From contig NW_004797519.1 in the NCBI RefSeq assembly GCF_000002075.1, positions 308,649-372,648 on the forward strand: a stretch of 64,000 nucleotides of DNA, in the 5' to 3' direction. The notes below the pieces were generated by a model that saw only the letters and a list, made by a program, of their open reading frames with translations, searched no databases and was not told where the DNA came from. The stretch comes from Aplysia californica. Its lineage: Eukaryota. The first letter of the stretch is position 1, and every line of letters begins with the position of its first letter. The translations under genes were made by a program, and so were the position numbers. Of this stretch, positions 33,823 to 47,238 are shown piece after piece.

Positions 33823-34868
33823 CTCATTCGCTACCCCGAGCCGTGGGGGGGCGGCGCGGCTAAAGTGCCATCAGTACGCTAAGCCGCCCACGGCGGCTCG
33901 AGAACCGACGTTCAATTTTAGCTTGGTTTCTATTCCAATCCATATATCCATGTTAAAATAAAGGTCAATATAAAGTTGACTTCCGGGTCAAGCGTTTCCA
34001 CCGAAAATCGGAAGTTTTGATTCAGTTTTGAAACACGATTTCGAAGTTTATAATGCGACATTGTTTTATCGCGAAGCCCAAATTATAGCCCAGACATCAG
34101 TCTTAGTACTTTTGCACAACAAAATGTATCATTATTTTGCTCACTAAAGAAGTGTAGGACTCTTCTTTATAATATTATACTACTGGACTCAAATTGCCAG
34201 TGCACTATTGAGAAATCAATATTTTTGAGTGCTAGATCTAGGCCTAGATCTAAATAGTCAAAATATATTTTTTTCTCCCCAAAATCACTACTTTTTGGTG
34301 AATTTACTCAAAAAGTACCTCCCAAGACATGTATAGAGGTTTATTCCAAATGCAATTCTTCTGAATAATTCCATATAAGATACGAGTGTTTTTTTTCTGT
34401 TTGGGATCCTTTTTTTCAAAATTATTAAATTTTTTTTTTTTTTTCAATATCGGAGGTTGTGATCCAAATGTACAAATATTATGGAATGTATGTAAATAAC
34501 TGCACATTATTCAATATTTTCCTGTTCTATATACAGTTATGGTTATTTTGATGTATAATTTGACTAGGTGCAAACATATTTTTTGAGTTTCATCTGAGAT
34601 TATACATTTTTTGTTTTCAAATTTTATCTGCAGCCAATCACAATTGTGTTGCATAATCGCCTCTTACAGGAACTAAAGTTGAAAAATACTCAAATAAACA
34701 ATACACATATATTCTACAAACCATACTGAAAATGTTGGTATATAATATGTTGATATTTATTTGAATTTATGGCCCCCAAGACCTGTGAACTGCGCACTAG
34801 TCATCATCTCATTTCGCCCTCCTGAAAAAAATTCGTCCACAAGCCAAAAATAATACGTAGCGAATGAG
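33823..34868. mobile_element. piggyBac-type MITE
   Basis: TTAA on both sides. Perfect TIR CTCATTCGCTAC/GTAGCGAATGAG. Confidence 0.85.
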
Positions 34869-35300
34869 TTAAAACGGGGGCATGCCCCCCCTGTAACCCC
34901 CCAGATTTTTTGGTGCTTATTCGGTAGTTCCCACCCCCCTTGTTTGAGCATAGATCTACATCGAGATCTATACATAATACATTTGATGCGCGGCGAGCTA
35001 AGATATCAAACCTAACAACTGCAAAATATCAAATTATGGTAAAATTCAGGGGGGCATGCCCCCCTGAAAACCCGCACCTTATTTTTATCAGGTGGCCTGA
35101 AACCCCCCAACTCTTGGGGCTAAAACTCGCGAATAACAATTGCAGGGTGGGAAGTACCGAAAAAGCGCTGATTTTTTTTACCAGGTCTAAAGGCACAACA
35201 AAGCATTTTGATTGGTCTTCCATCTCTATTGGAGACGTCTCCGGATAGATTTAATATGCGAGAAGATCTACTAGACATCTAAAAGTAGGAGCCCTAAAAC

Positions 35301-36072
35301 TAGTGCTGGGCGGTACCGAAGAAATCCAGTGTCGGTGCCGAGAACGGCCAGTACCGGTACCTGTACTGGGAGTGACACCAGTATGTGACGTCACAGATGC
35401 CACGATCAGCGCCGCCTGCATCCTCCCCCCCCTCCCCCACACACACGACACAGACACACCAGTCAGAATTGGAGAGGCGATCTGTGACGCAAAATACTTT
35501 TGAAGTTTGCCGCCGCGCAGGAAACTTTGCATGCAGAACTTTTAAAATAATTATCGCCGCTAAAAATTGAATTCATTTTCAGAATAAGCGTATCAAAATA
35601 AGCAAAGTGGCTTGCGTTGAACCTGATTTGATACCATATTTAAATTTAAGCAAACTTCATTTTTGATTGTCAATTTTGAATCTGAAGTCCTGTATCAAGG
35701 TCACCCGCTGCGTTGTGCATCTGGCGTCACAGCTGCTAGACGTAGGCCTACACACTGCACACTTCCCGTAGTAAAAAAAAAAACTGTGGTGTCGGCTCCT
35801 TCCCAGAACCAGTATAAACGTTGGTGTCGGCTCCTTCCCAGAGCCGGTATAACCGTTGGTGTCGGCTCTTTCCCAGAGCCGGTATAACCTTTGGTGTCAG
35901 CTCTTTCCCAGAGCCGGTATAACCGTTGGTGTCGGCTCTTTCCCAGAGCCGGTTTAACCGTTGGTGTCGGCTCTTTCCCAGAGCCGGCACTAGAGACCTG
36001 GTGCCGGCACTGACACCTCCTTTGGTAGAGCGGGGAGTTCAGGTACTGGATACCGGTACCTGCCCATCCCTT
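35301..36072. mobile_element. Non-autonomous hAT element with an internal tandem array
   Basis: TIR TAGTGCTGGGCGGTACC / GGTACCTGCCCATCCCTT. 8-bp TSD CCTAAAAC (35293-35300, 36073-36080). Confidence 0.85.
35788..35990. repeat. 35-bp hairpin-forming tandem repeat, 6 copies
   Basis: GGTGTCGGCTCTTTCCCAGAGCCGGTATAACCGTT at 35788, 35823, 35858, 35893, 35928 and 35963. Confidence 0.95.
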
Positions 36073-36879
36073 CCTAAAACTAGAACTTGATATCTAATAT
36101 AAATAATTCCAATCTTAGACCTTCAAGTTAGTCTACTATGTCATCTGTGAGCAGATTCATGGCATAATTATAATGGACTGATAAGGCTGAGGCACTGCAC
36201 TTGGGAGTTGCTTTCATTTAAATGGTTTATCCTCAGCCGTCAGCCTCATATAGAATAATCTAATAGTAATAGGCTTGATTGTAGAAGATATATATATATA
36301 TTTCCATTTCTGGAAGTTTTATTGAGATTTGGAAAATTTGGTATGATTCTGATTCGACTATCAATCTTATATTTATCATTCTGCTCTCACAAGTCGTCTG
36401 GGGAGAATTGAATGCCCCATGAGTTTTTTTTAAAAATCTGGAGGAGGGGGGGGGGGGGGCTCAACTTACCCCCGCCCCCCCACCCCACCCCACCCACCAG
36501 AGGTATGAGTACACAACACATGGTATGCAGCACCTTTTCAGCAGCCGAGCAGTGATTTTCTTTCTTCTACATACAACTCTGCGAGCTAGTGCTTGCTGCT
36601 AATCTGCTCAAATAGATTATAATTTCCTATCCTTGACTCCCTGCTAATGTTTTGTTATGGTATTGGGAATCATTTTCTACCAACATTTTGATTTTGACAA
36701 CCAGAACTTGTTCCTTTTCCATAATACTGTGATACATCCTGAAGTTGAAAAGTTATTTGCAACCTGTTCACCCGATACTCATCTTTCTTCTTATTGACTC
36801 TTCAGTAAACTTCTGACTATCAAGTTGGGAAAATGAACTCTGAGATATGTTAAAAAAATGTTCTCCATCTTTCACTCAG

Positions 36880-36990
36880 GCAAAGAGAAAACATGACAGA
36901 GAAGAGGCAAAGAATGAGAAGGCTCGCAAGTTGGGAGAAGGAACATGGATGCTTGATTCTGTCTCTCAAAGGATTGCAAAAGAAGAGAAG
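36880..36990 (+). CDS. CWF19L2: CWF19L2 exon 2
   Basis: AG/GT bounded, 111 nt, AKRKHDREE...GEGTWML. Confidence 0.92.
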
Positions 36991-37626
36991 GTCAGTAATT
37001 TGTCTTTTTTAAAAAGGCTCAGTAAGCATGCACACTCGTTAAGATTGTTGAGTACAGATATCAATATTTATAGAATAACAAGTATGCAATCATAACGTTT
37101 TTGCTGTTGGTTATCTTTTTATGTGTATGTTTTCTTTTCCAATGAAAAAGAAATACCAAAAAATATTGTCCTAGTCAATGAAGACTTCAAAACATTTGAG
37201 AAGTACAAATGGGTAATCCATTGTTAAAAGCAAGTAGATAAGCTATCAAGACTTTTACTGTTGAGGTTTAATATTTTATTTTCGAACATCATAGTGACAA
37301 TTGTGTTTCTGTACAAGGCAGTAAACTTTATTATAGTTGTACATAACTGCTGTAGTTATAGATTGTTTTTGTGGCAGAAGATTACCACCCAAAAATGGAA
37401 CTGCCTTCTTGTAAACCATCAAAGTTCATCTTTTAGGTGAAGTTGCTCTTAATGCAGTTTTGTGAAGTAATAAGAGAAAATTTTAACACAATTACATTTT
37501 TTTCAAAATGGGCTCAGAAAGATTTTTGATTTGGGCTCTCATGCAGTACTTGTAACTTACGATTGAAATTCTAGATGAATAAGTCATGTTGTCAGAGGTT
37601 TTTACTATGTATATTCCTTTTATTAG

Positions 37627-37737
37627 GATATAGAGAAGCGCAGTAAAAAAAAGCACAAGAAGGAGAAAAAGAAGAAAAAAAAGAAGAAGAAGAAAAGGAG
37701 CAGCAGCAGTAGCAGCAGCTCAACTGAGGACGAAGGG
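37627..37737 (+). CDS. CWF19L2: CWF19L2 exon 3 (poly-Lys/poly-Ser)
   Basis: AG/GT bounded, 111 nt, KKKHKKEKKKK...SSSSTEDEG. Confidence 0.9.
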
Positions 37738-40408
37738 GTAAGTTTTATTTTCTTGTATTTTTACATTCTTGTTTTATGTTTATGTTCACCCTGATGTACC
37801 GAAAGGTCAATGTTGGACGTGCTGCTCAAACTATCTGTCTTAAAGGCATTACAAACAAATAAGGACCTTCCACTTCTGTTCTGGCATGTACGTTCTGTTG
37901 AATGTATATGAGCCTTTGCCAATAGGTGAGGGTTTCTTCATATACTTTACAAAATCCTTTCTTATTCCAGTAAAATTTGTTGTGCTTAATATGATGTTTC
38001 AGCTATGGGAGCAACAAAATAGCAGTCGGGCCATCAGAAGAAATCTTACAAATAATTTTAGGTTTTAAATCGATGTACTTTTAGAATGCAAAACGTGACT
38101 CGTCGAGTTCGTACTTTTTCTGTTGTCAAGTTCAGCAATGAAATAATTGCTGAGAAACTCATCCTTGTACACTTTTACTACTATAACTACATTATTTGTG
38201 GCACTATATCAGGAATAATGATATCTGTAGCTGTTTTTTTTTTTGTAAACCTCTTAGATTTTCATTTTCGAGCATTACTCGTGTAGTATTTTGCAAGGCA
38301 ACCTCGATTCCCTGTGTCTTCGTTTCTATCGGACATTTTGGGGCCCTGGAATGAACACAATATCGTTAAATGTTTACTCTCTGCCCTGACTGATTCCGAG
38401 GCTGTGACCATGCGTAATTTTGCAGTAAAGGGAAATCCCACGATGCCTCGTGCTCTGTCATCATTTATTATGTTGGAAAGAACCTATCAGAAAACAAGAA
38501 ATAATAGGGGTGGAGGAATGTACATTGTTCCTGTGGTTCCATTCAAAGAGTATTTTGTGTGATGCAAGATGGCGAGAAGAATAACGAAGGATGAGGCGAA
38601 TTCATTTAAGTTTTCTTATGTCGTCATCAAATCTTAACATGTTATGTTAGGAAAAAGCTGTTATGTCCGAAAAATGATTCCACCCCACTTAATTAAATTA
38701 AAGGGGGCTCGATACTTACAGGACAACATTTTTAACTAAAGACAAACTGAAACAACTTTTGTCACAAGCAGTAAGTATGAGACATAAGATTCATGTTCCA
38801 CTGTTGATACACTCGATTACGTAAGCCATTGCTATGGAAACAACAGCCATCTTGAAAAATGGATAGACAATTTTTTTCTCCACTTTTTACAGTTTTTAAC
38901 TTTTAAAAAGTTTGTAACCTCCAAGATGTCACAAATAAATAGGTGCTTACAGCTGACAATTTTGATTTTTGATACTATACTTAAAAAGTTTTCTCAGAGT
39001 TGGGGATATTGAATTTGCTCTTTAAAAAAAAATTTGGGGCATGAAAAAAAACAACCTTAAAATTTTCTCTGTGTTGGAAAGTAAAAAAATGGTGGAGAAA
39101 AAATTCCCGGCACTTGCAAGCAAAAAGTGGTGACAAAATGTGTTTTGAGAAAAACAACGTCAAACATCGACAATGTTAGTACGCAACGTAGAACCCAGTA
39201 ATGTTAATCACTCAGCGACTAGTGTCAATAAAATCTAGACTGAATGAGGGATCGGAAAATACCAAAAGTAAAAAGTTCTCTGACTGAGTGAAAATCAGTC
39301 CCCGAGGCCCTAGACCCGACCCGCGAACCTCCTTAAACCAAGCAATGATTAACATCGCACTGCATTCCAATGGTCAAGTAGTAGTAGGTCTAGATGTGAC
39401 CCCACATGCTTGGCTAGATGTCAACAAGAGGGGAAAATTTGATGTATATTGATGATATGTTCCAAAATGATGACAAACTTTTATCCATTATGTGTCATCA
39501 TGGTTGTGTTCGAAAGATATTTGGTATTTTGCATAGAGTCACAGTAAAATGTGAATTCAGTGGCATTTTTTCACCATTAGCATGCTTTATGAGTCAGACT
39601 GAATCTCTGAATCTTTGTTTGCCAAAATTGTCAAAAAATGATTTAAGATATGAAAATGGAAAGTTTTTCATTTCTTTCGGACACAACTATGATGACATAA
39701 ATGCGAGCAGAAAGACATTCAGAATTTATTTTTTCTGTGATTTTATATGCTGTTCATGCTTATGTTTGATGATTACAGCAATAAGAAAACTTAAAATAAT
39801 TTTGTATGTTCAAATTGTTAAAAAGTGTGTCATCATAGTTGTGTCTGAAAGAATTTGACTTGATGATATGTAACGCCCGTTTCACAGCTTAGCATGCCGT
39901 CTGTAGGTCTGTGAATACATGTTTTTGTAGGAGGAGATATACATGAATAGAACAATTCAAGTAAAAATGAAATATCAAAAACTTTATCATCAACCCTCTG
40001 TGTTACATTTTAGGTACCCACCTATTGTTGGCAAAAGCTCATATATGTGTACCAGTTGTGAATCTCCTTGTCGGTCAGATAGTAAGGTTTACCTGTTTCT
40101 TTTCCTGTCTCACACCTATTGATACTTTGAAAGAATCTGTACATGTATAGTGCAGGACAGAACAAAGAAAAGTTGTTTTTATAGGTTATGCCTCTTAAAA
40201 CGTTGAACGTATCGCTTTGGGATGACTCTGTCAAAAGAAACTGACTAAAAGAAGAAAGAAATATTGAAGTATTAACAGTTAACATGTTTCTTCAATAGTT
40301 TACTTCTGAAGTGAAAGATTCAGAGAGGATTCAATGTCGACAGTGGAGTTAATTATTTCTTGCTTTCAGCCTTTGATCATTTTGTTCTTTTCAATCATTA
40401 TAAACCAG

Positions 40409-40486
40409 GATGATTGGGTTGAAGCAAAGACTTCCAGTGAAAAAAAAGACACAGAGGAGATGGCGATCAAAGGTCCACAACTACAG
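40409..40486 (+). CDS. CWF19L2: CWF19L2 exon 4
   Basis: AG/GT bounded, 78 nt, DDWVEA. Confidence 0.88.
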
Positions 40487-41026
40487 GTAAAAGTGAAAGC
40501 CTTTTTTAAAAAAAAGAACAAAGAAAATATCTCGTCTTTATTTTTCTGAGCGCTCTGATTTATTTTGCATGTCAAAGAACTCTGATCAGGTTTGCGAATT
40601 TGCCTAAAATCTGATTCTTTTCTTGAATTCTGTTTGTGTTAATCCAAAGCGATTTATCGCAAATGTAAATGATGTAAAAAGATGCAATTTTAGTTGAGTT
40701 TATGTTCCTGTATGTGCTAAGTTTGGCTCATTAGGTAATCTCAATCCACTGAGGTTCTTGAGACTCCCAAATTTTTCCCCCAAGCTCAGATTTTTGTGGG
40801 AGGATTTAAAGGAAAACTATTTTTAGTCTTGGAATAGTTCACAGGTTTACAGTTTGCAACATGTGAAATTCTTGCATGGGTTTATGTAATAGTTTGTGAC
40901 TAATATTGGGGGAAAAAATAAGTGTATTAGGCACTTGTCTATTTGCCTGGAGATAAGCGGGAAAAATCGAGAGGGAGGGAGAGGCACCTTATAAAGTGTC
41001 CACTCTCAATATCAATATTTTTACAG

Positions 41027-41146
41027 AGGGAAAGCTGGATGGAAGCACCACTGGATTTCATGCCCCTGACTTCCAGGAAGGAAATTCGAGAAGCAATGGA
41101 AAAGGAGAAAAAAGCTGCCAGGGAAGAAAGTGAGAAAATGTTTCAA
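41027..41146 (+). CDS. CWF19L2: CWF19L2 exon 5
   Basis: AG/GT bounded, 120 nt, RESWM. Confidence 0.9.
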
Positions 41147-42458
41147 GTGAGTTGTGCCCGTCTATTCAGTGTAGAGAATCAGGATAATTGCCCAGAACAA
41201 TTGTCATATTGCTGGAGTGTGTCTTTGTCATGTCATCTTCTCTTTTTGTAGTTTTGCCTTTTTCCCCATTTGGAAAGACAATTTATGTGTAAACTTACTT
41301 TTTCATCGTGTTTGTAAATTTAACAATGATATTTAAAATAAGGATTTATTTTGTTTTTGAAAAGGAATCACATGGTATCAGACTTGGAATAAGTAATGAC
41401 TGCAGTGGACTGTAAAGAATACCTTCCTTTGAGTTTATTTTTCTCTGCTTCCTATAGTTCCAAGCTAGAATATCCATAGCTCTGTCAGATATTGAGTAAA
41501 GATTATGACAAGTGTGCAGGGTTTTATGTATCACTAGCAACTAACTTGACTCATCAATAGATACATCCAGTAGAAATGATGCAGAGTTGTAACTGATAAA
41601 GTGGGAGTTATTTTAATGAAAAAAAGGAAACAGCTGGAAAAAGGGGTTGGGGTATGGGGAGATGGGTTGATTTGGACTAATAAACGACAAAAAATAAACA
41701 CACAACATGCACTCTTATACAAAGCAAGTCAATAGGAAAGTGATTTTTAATTGGTCCAATCATTCCTCCTTCTTACATGGTCAAAGTGACTGGTTGCCTT
41801 TATTTCCTAAATCCTCTCCAAGTTTTCTAGTAGCAATAATAAGTTCTTATAAACGACAGATCACGTTTTAATGAAACAAAACTGAGGTACCCATCATAAC
41901 CGATATATCAGCGGTATGACCGCAAGGGGTGCAGGCTCTTGCCGATATATTGACGATATGTCTGGAAAGGGTTAAACAGATTTCTATTTTTAGAATGTTT
42001 TTTTAGGCATTGTAAGTCAAAAATGAAATACTCTGCTTCATGGGGAAAATGGGCTCTTACATTGATGTGGGGTTCTTATGTGGGGAGTTCTTAGAATGAG
42101 ATCACTGTTTATATGATATGAGTTAGGGCATCTGGTGAACCAGCTTGATCTGTGAATTCTCATCTTCAAGGTTTATCTTTTACATGTTTTCACTGCAGTC
42201 AACCTTCCTGCAGATTTGATCAAGTGTCCTGTCTAAAAACCCTGTTCACTCTTAGAGTATGCTAGTAAATTAAATGTTCCCTGCTTACTGCAAGTGAACA
42301 GGAGGTGCCACCCCTTTACTGATACCATTACACTTCTGACATCTTTTGCTCTGATGTATATGCGAGATACTTATGGTAGTGCATTGTCTGTGCCTTATTT
42401 CTTTCCTTCTCCTTTACTCAAAGCACTAAAGTGAGAGTTTAGCCACTAAAATGATCTA

Positions 42459-42625
42459 CAGTAGTAACTTTCTTAGACGCTCACCCATTGTCAGGGGTAA
42501 AGTGATTGTCTTAGATAGGTGGGCGTTTTTGATTGTCTTTATAATACAGAAAAATCACAAGTGGGAAGTGGTTATCTGTACAGGCGATTGTCTTGGACAG
42601 GTGGTTGTTAGAGCAGGTTCAACTG
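42459..42625. mobile_element. pogo/Tigger-like MITE
   Basis: TA-flanked, ends GGTTCAACTG. Homologous to 50494-50662. Confidence 0.55.
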
Positions 42626-42702
42626 TATTTGTGACTTGTATTGAACTCACAGTAAGAGTATATAAACAATTTTAAATGTTTCCTCTTCCCTCCTCTCAAC
42701 AG

Positions 42703-42921
42703 CCTGGTCAACATACAAGGGAGTTGAACCCGTACTGGAAAAATGGTGGCACTGGATTGCCAGAGGAGGCTCCCTCGAAAAGCTCCACTGCTGTCGTTTC
42801 ACAAGGGTCTGTGGCTGGTGATGGAGGGTTGTCATGGTTACGCACTGCTTACAAACGCTTCAAACAGCAGGCAGAGGATGAGGGAAGAAGCCTTGAGGAA
42901 GTAGTTGCTGAAAGATACGGT
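42703..42921 (+). CDS. CWF19L2: CWF19L2 exon 6
   Basis: 219 nt with signature RELNPYWKNGGTGLP, GDGGLSWL and ERYG. Confidence 0.96.
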
Positions 42922-43723
42922 GTATGTTTGATTTCTTTATCAGAATTTGAGTTGCTGTTTCAAGGTAGTAAGAAATATTTGGATTGCCATGTTTTAAAAA
43001 TTTGTAGTTCCCGAAATCTGCTGTCATGAAGATTTTTCAATGTATTTTTTGTTTTATGGATATAATGTTTAGTTTGTATCCTGTACTGTTGTACAGTAAT
43101 GCTGTTTATTTTATTTTGTTTTCTAAAAACATGTCTTTTGGTTAATGTCATATTTTACGAACATTACATCTGTCTGCTTTTCAAAGTCATACAGTTTGTA
43201 GTCGCTAACTTGATGTCTTGGCATCTGGCATTTTTTTATGCTCTGAAAGTCCAATTTTTTTCATAAAGATGTGGTTTCATATAAAAGTTTTATTTATTCT
43301 TGGTGATGCTTTTCTTGGATACAGAATGTCAGCTTTGGGGCTGGCTGCTTGCTGGGTTTATGCTGTGTTCAGCAAACAAAAGCTAATTAGTGAAGAAGTG
43401 GACTCATGACAAATGTGCTGTATCGTTGAGTTAACAGATATTTATGGTGTATTTGCTGTATCTTTGTTTTAGTTATGTAGAAGATCATAGATGGTATCAT
43501 GGTGCTTGGGAAAAGCAAGAGTAGACAGAAATTATGAAGGGGTTTCTAACATATGTGACTTGTTGATTTGGTCTTTCAGCATGTAGCCGAGTTTGTTGTG
43601 TAGATAGAAAAAAATGAAGGAATTTGAAAGAAGTGTGACTTGTTCATTGTGTATATTTCCACTTCCCACTTGAGTTTGCTGTGTAATTGTGGTGACTTTT
43701 TTACCTCTTGTGTTGATTTGCAG

Positions 43724-44519
43724 TCTCTGAGGAAACTTGAGAACATGCTACAAGAGGCAGAGCAAAAGCAGAGGACAGGTGGAGGACAGAGATTTCATCA
43801 AGGCACTGATGCTTGGAGGAGGTCAGTCAACGACAGGGACAGGAGTCGAAGACGCAGTAGGAGTCCAGAGGAGAGTGATAGAAGAGGGGGCAGAGGGAGG
43901 TCTAGGGAGATAAGTGGTGATAGAATGGACAGAAGAGATACAAGTATGGGTAGAAGAGACCGAAATGAGGACATGAGTTATAAAAGAAGTTTTCAGAGGC
44001 CTTCGGGTTCAGATGATAATGAAGATTCCAGAGAGGAAAGTCGTGATAGGGGAGACAGAAAGGATAGAGGTATGAGAAGGGAAGACCGGTATGATGAAAA
44101 AAGTAACAGAAGAACTTTCCAGAAACCGTCCGATTCAGATGAGGAAAGTTCTAGAGCAGAGAGAAAAAACAGAAGTGCAAGGAGGGAAGATCAGTATGAG
44201 GAAAGAAGTAACAGGAAAACTTTTCAGAGGCCGTTAGGTTCTGATGAAGAAAGTTCTGAAGAAAGGACCTCGAAGTACAGAAAAGATTCAAATAGTAAGG
44301 AAGGCAGACCTCGGGGTTTCATGAGGCCTGGTGATGCTGAGTTTTCAAGATCATATGACAGAGACAGAGACAGACCAAGATCTAGAGAGTCGCAAGTAGT
44401 TTCTCGATGGAAAAAGAAACAGCCGTCTCCTGATGTCTCCTCAAAGTCGAAAGAAGACAAAGAGGGTCTTGAGAACTCTGAGAAAAGAGGAAAAAGTGAG
44501 AAAAAAAGAAAACATTCTG
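43724..44519 (+). CDS. CWF19L2: CWF19L2 exon 7 (R/D/S/E-rich disordered region)
   Basis: 796 nt, AG/GT bounded, continues ERYG|SL, phase 1. Confidence 0.92.
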
Positions 44520-44663
44520 GTGAGTTTGTGTATTTTTTTTTCTGACTTTTATTACTTCCTCATTCAATTTGTCCTGCTTCACAATATATTGTTGCTGTGG
44601 ATCATGTTTTATACTTACATATCTCGGGAAACGTTTTTGCTCATCTAAATTTCTTAATCTTAA

Positions 44664-45484
44664 CTCTTATCCTGCGTCTGTGCCTAGATGCGTATCTTAT
44701 CAGCAACCGATTACGTCAGATGTGCCGGGCAGGCCGCCGGGGTCACTCAGTGTGTACTGTTGGTGTACAGCGCGCGCGCCGGGAAACGTGTGTTTTCGCC
44801 ATGAATACCGCGGTAGTGTGTTAACCGATGATGAAAATAACGTTCTATCCTTCATAGCTTTCTATTTATAAAGTGTTACAAACACATGAATAACCCCCTC
44901 TCACAAGCTGATAAGACATTACGAGTAGTTACGCTCATTCGAATAACCTTTCTGGACGCTCTTGTTGTTATGAATGACCTGAGGTTCATAAGGGGATAAT
45001 TTAGGTCAATTTCCGAATGTTTTACACTCAAATTGTTCTTTGTACCTACACAATGGTATTCAAAAATATCAAACAAGCTTATTTTTTATCAGGTAGTATC
45101 ATTTCATACAAAATCAAGCTCATTTGAAATATTTTGTATAGAAAAATGGAAGTCTTGTTTCCTGACTATCCTTTCGAGCTCCTCATGTCTAAGTGGGTCA
45201 ATTTCTTCTATAATTTCATTGACGAACATCTAGAGCTACCAACTTGGCATATTTTGAATGAAACGTATGCCTCAATTACGAACAAATGCAGGCGGTTATA
45301 GAAGAAGGCCACAAACGCACACAAACTCAAGCAGACTGACGCACACACACTTGACCTGCGTGAATGGGGATCCAACTCGGGACCCGAATGAGCCAGGAGC
45401 TACACTGATTCGGGACCAGAACGTAGGCGAGGTGCCGAAATAGGCTTATCGGGCTACATAAACCCGGCTCCCGCAGGATGAGGG
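44664..45484. mobile_element. piggyBac-type MITE
   Basis: TTAA on both sides. TIR CTCTTATCCTGCG / CGCAGGATGAGGG. Confidence 0.75.
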
Positions 45485-46779
45485 TTAAAAGAGGCTTAAA
45501 AAGCTTGCAGACACCGAAAGATCTTGTTAGTTTGTTAGTGTTTGAACATTTAATTGGCTGCCTGTGTGTATGCTTCAGGGAAGCCAAGAATGTTTCTGAG
45601 TGTTCTAGGATCTGCTAGGGTAATGATAGTTAGAAAGCTCATAGAACATGGTGTAGAGCATGGACANNNNNNNNNNNNNNNNNNNNNNNNNNNNNNNNNN
45701 NNNNNNNNNNNNNNNNNNNNNNNNNNNNNNNNNNNNNNNNNNNNNNNNNNNNNNNNNNNNNNNNNNNNNNNNNNNNNNNNNNNNNNNNNNNNNNNNNNNN
45801 NNNNNNNNNNNNNNNNNNNNNNNNCATCCTTTCTCTGGATGAGCTTTGTGTTTTGGAATAGTGTGGTTGATCGATGTGTTTGCCATAGATGAAGCCTATT
45901 GCTTGAAGTCTATACAGTTCTTTTTGCTTTTTGTGCATGCGTGTTCTGCCCGTAGTCATTCAAATAAAGACATTTCACTTCCTCTTCTTTGTTAAAAGAG
46001 AACAAAAATGTTCACCAAATTACCATTATTATTGTGCCTATGTGCTTCTCTTTATTCATACTCAAAAGCCACTTTGTGGATGCTGTATAACGGAACTTTT
46101 TTTCAGTTATTTTAATTCAAATTCAGTAATCGAGAAAGAGTACTGAAATTGCTCTTATGAAAATTTGTATATGTCATCTAATATCAAGTGAAAATACAGG
46201 ATAGGAGATGTGTTTTTTGATAAATACAATTTTTATTGATTTAAAGGTGATTTATTTGGTTGTGGGGCTTGTAACCCCGTTGATTGATAAGGTTACCAAT
46301 TAAGAAAAATAAAACCCAATTTGTGTGTACTGAAACAGTAGTCACAGATATTTCTAGTTGAAATTTGAAACAGTGGAACAGAGCACCATATTTTTTTGTA
46401 CTTTCTAATCGCGAAGAAAGGGATGGATGGAGGGTGCCACTGAGAGGTCCTATACACCGAATCAGCATAATTGTGTTGGTGTGCTTCTCTTTACTCATAC
46501 TAAAACAAAAATGCTAATCGCAAAAAGGTATGCATTCCAGTATTGAGAGTCAGTGCCCATACTTACAACAGGTTTGAATAAACAAAAAGCACATTAACAC
46601 AGTGGCCATTTAGTGCAGGGAAAAAGCAAGACAAACAGACAGGAAAGACCAGATAGAGGCTGTACCTAGTACCTATCAGTAGTCTCCCTCCCCCCACCCA
46701 ACCACTGCCTGTCTTGACTCAGGTGTGAAACAGGATATAGTAACAGATTTTTAAGAATTATTGAACATTTTCACTTCAG

Positions 46780-46931
46780 AAGGCAGCAGTGACTCAAGCA
46801 GTGAGAGCAGTGAGTCTGACGAAGAGGTGCCAAAAGCTGAGACCTCTCAACCTCCTCCGAAAATAATGACCGAAGAAGAGCTCAACGATTTAGCAGCCAA
46901 GATTTTGCGAGCTGAAATTATGGGTGATGAT
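46780..46931 (+). CDS. CWF19L2: CWF19L2 exon 8
   Basis: 152 nt, TEEELNDLAAKILRAEIMG. Restores phase 0. Confidence 0.93.
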
Positions 46932-47238
46932 GTAAGATTTTTGTTTCTGACTTTCCATATGACTCTGTTTTAAAATTGGCCTCTACTTTCTTTCCATTAT
47001 TCATTCTTGAGATGGAGTACTAGAAACTTTGAATACACTCAAAGGCCAACCAATGTACAGGTATGTCTTTCCATTGTCTCTGATCAACAGTTTTGATACT
47101 TTAAAAAAATTATATTTTTTTTTTGGTAAGTGTTAAGAGTACTAGCTGTTGTTTCATGTCACAGCTGTTCTTTTATTTTGTTTTTTGTGGGGTTTTTTTT
47201 GTACAGTGTCCTATATCTTTTGTTTCGGGTGTTGCTTA

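Noticed and set aside
35788-35990. 35-bp palindromic repeats resembling CRISPR direct repeats
   Set aside because: Head-to-tail with no unique spacers, inside a hAT MITE in a eukaryotic intron, and no cas genes.
39418-39858. 146-aa intronic ORF
   Set aside because: No recognisable motifs, AT-rich, and not needed for the CWF19L2 reading frame.
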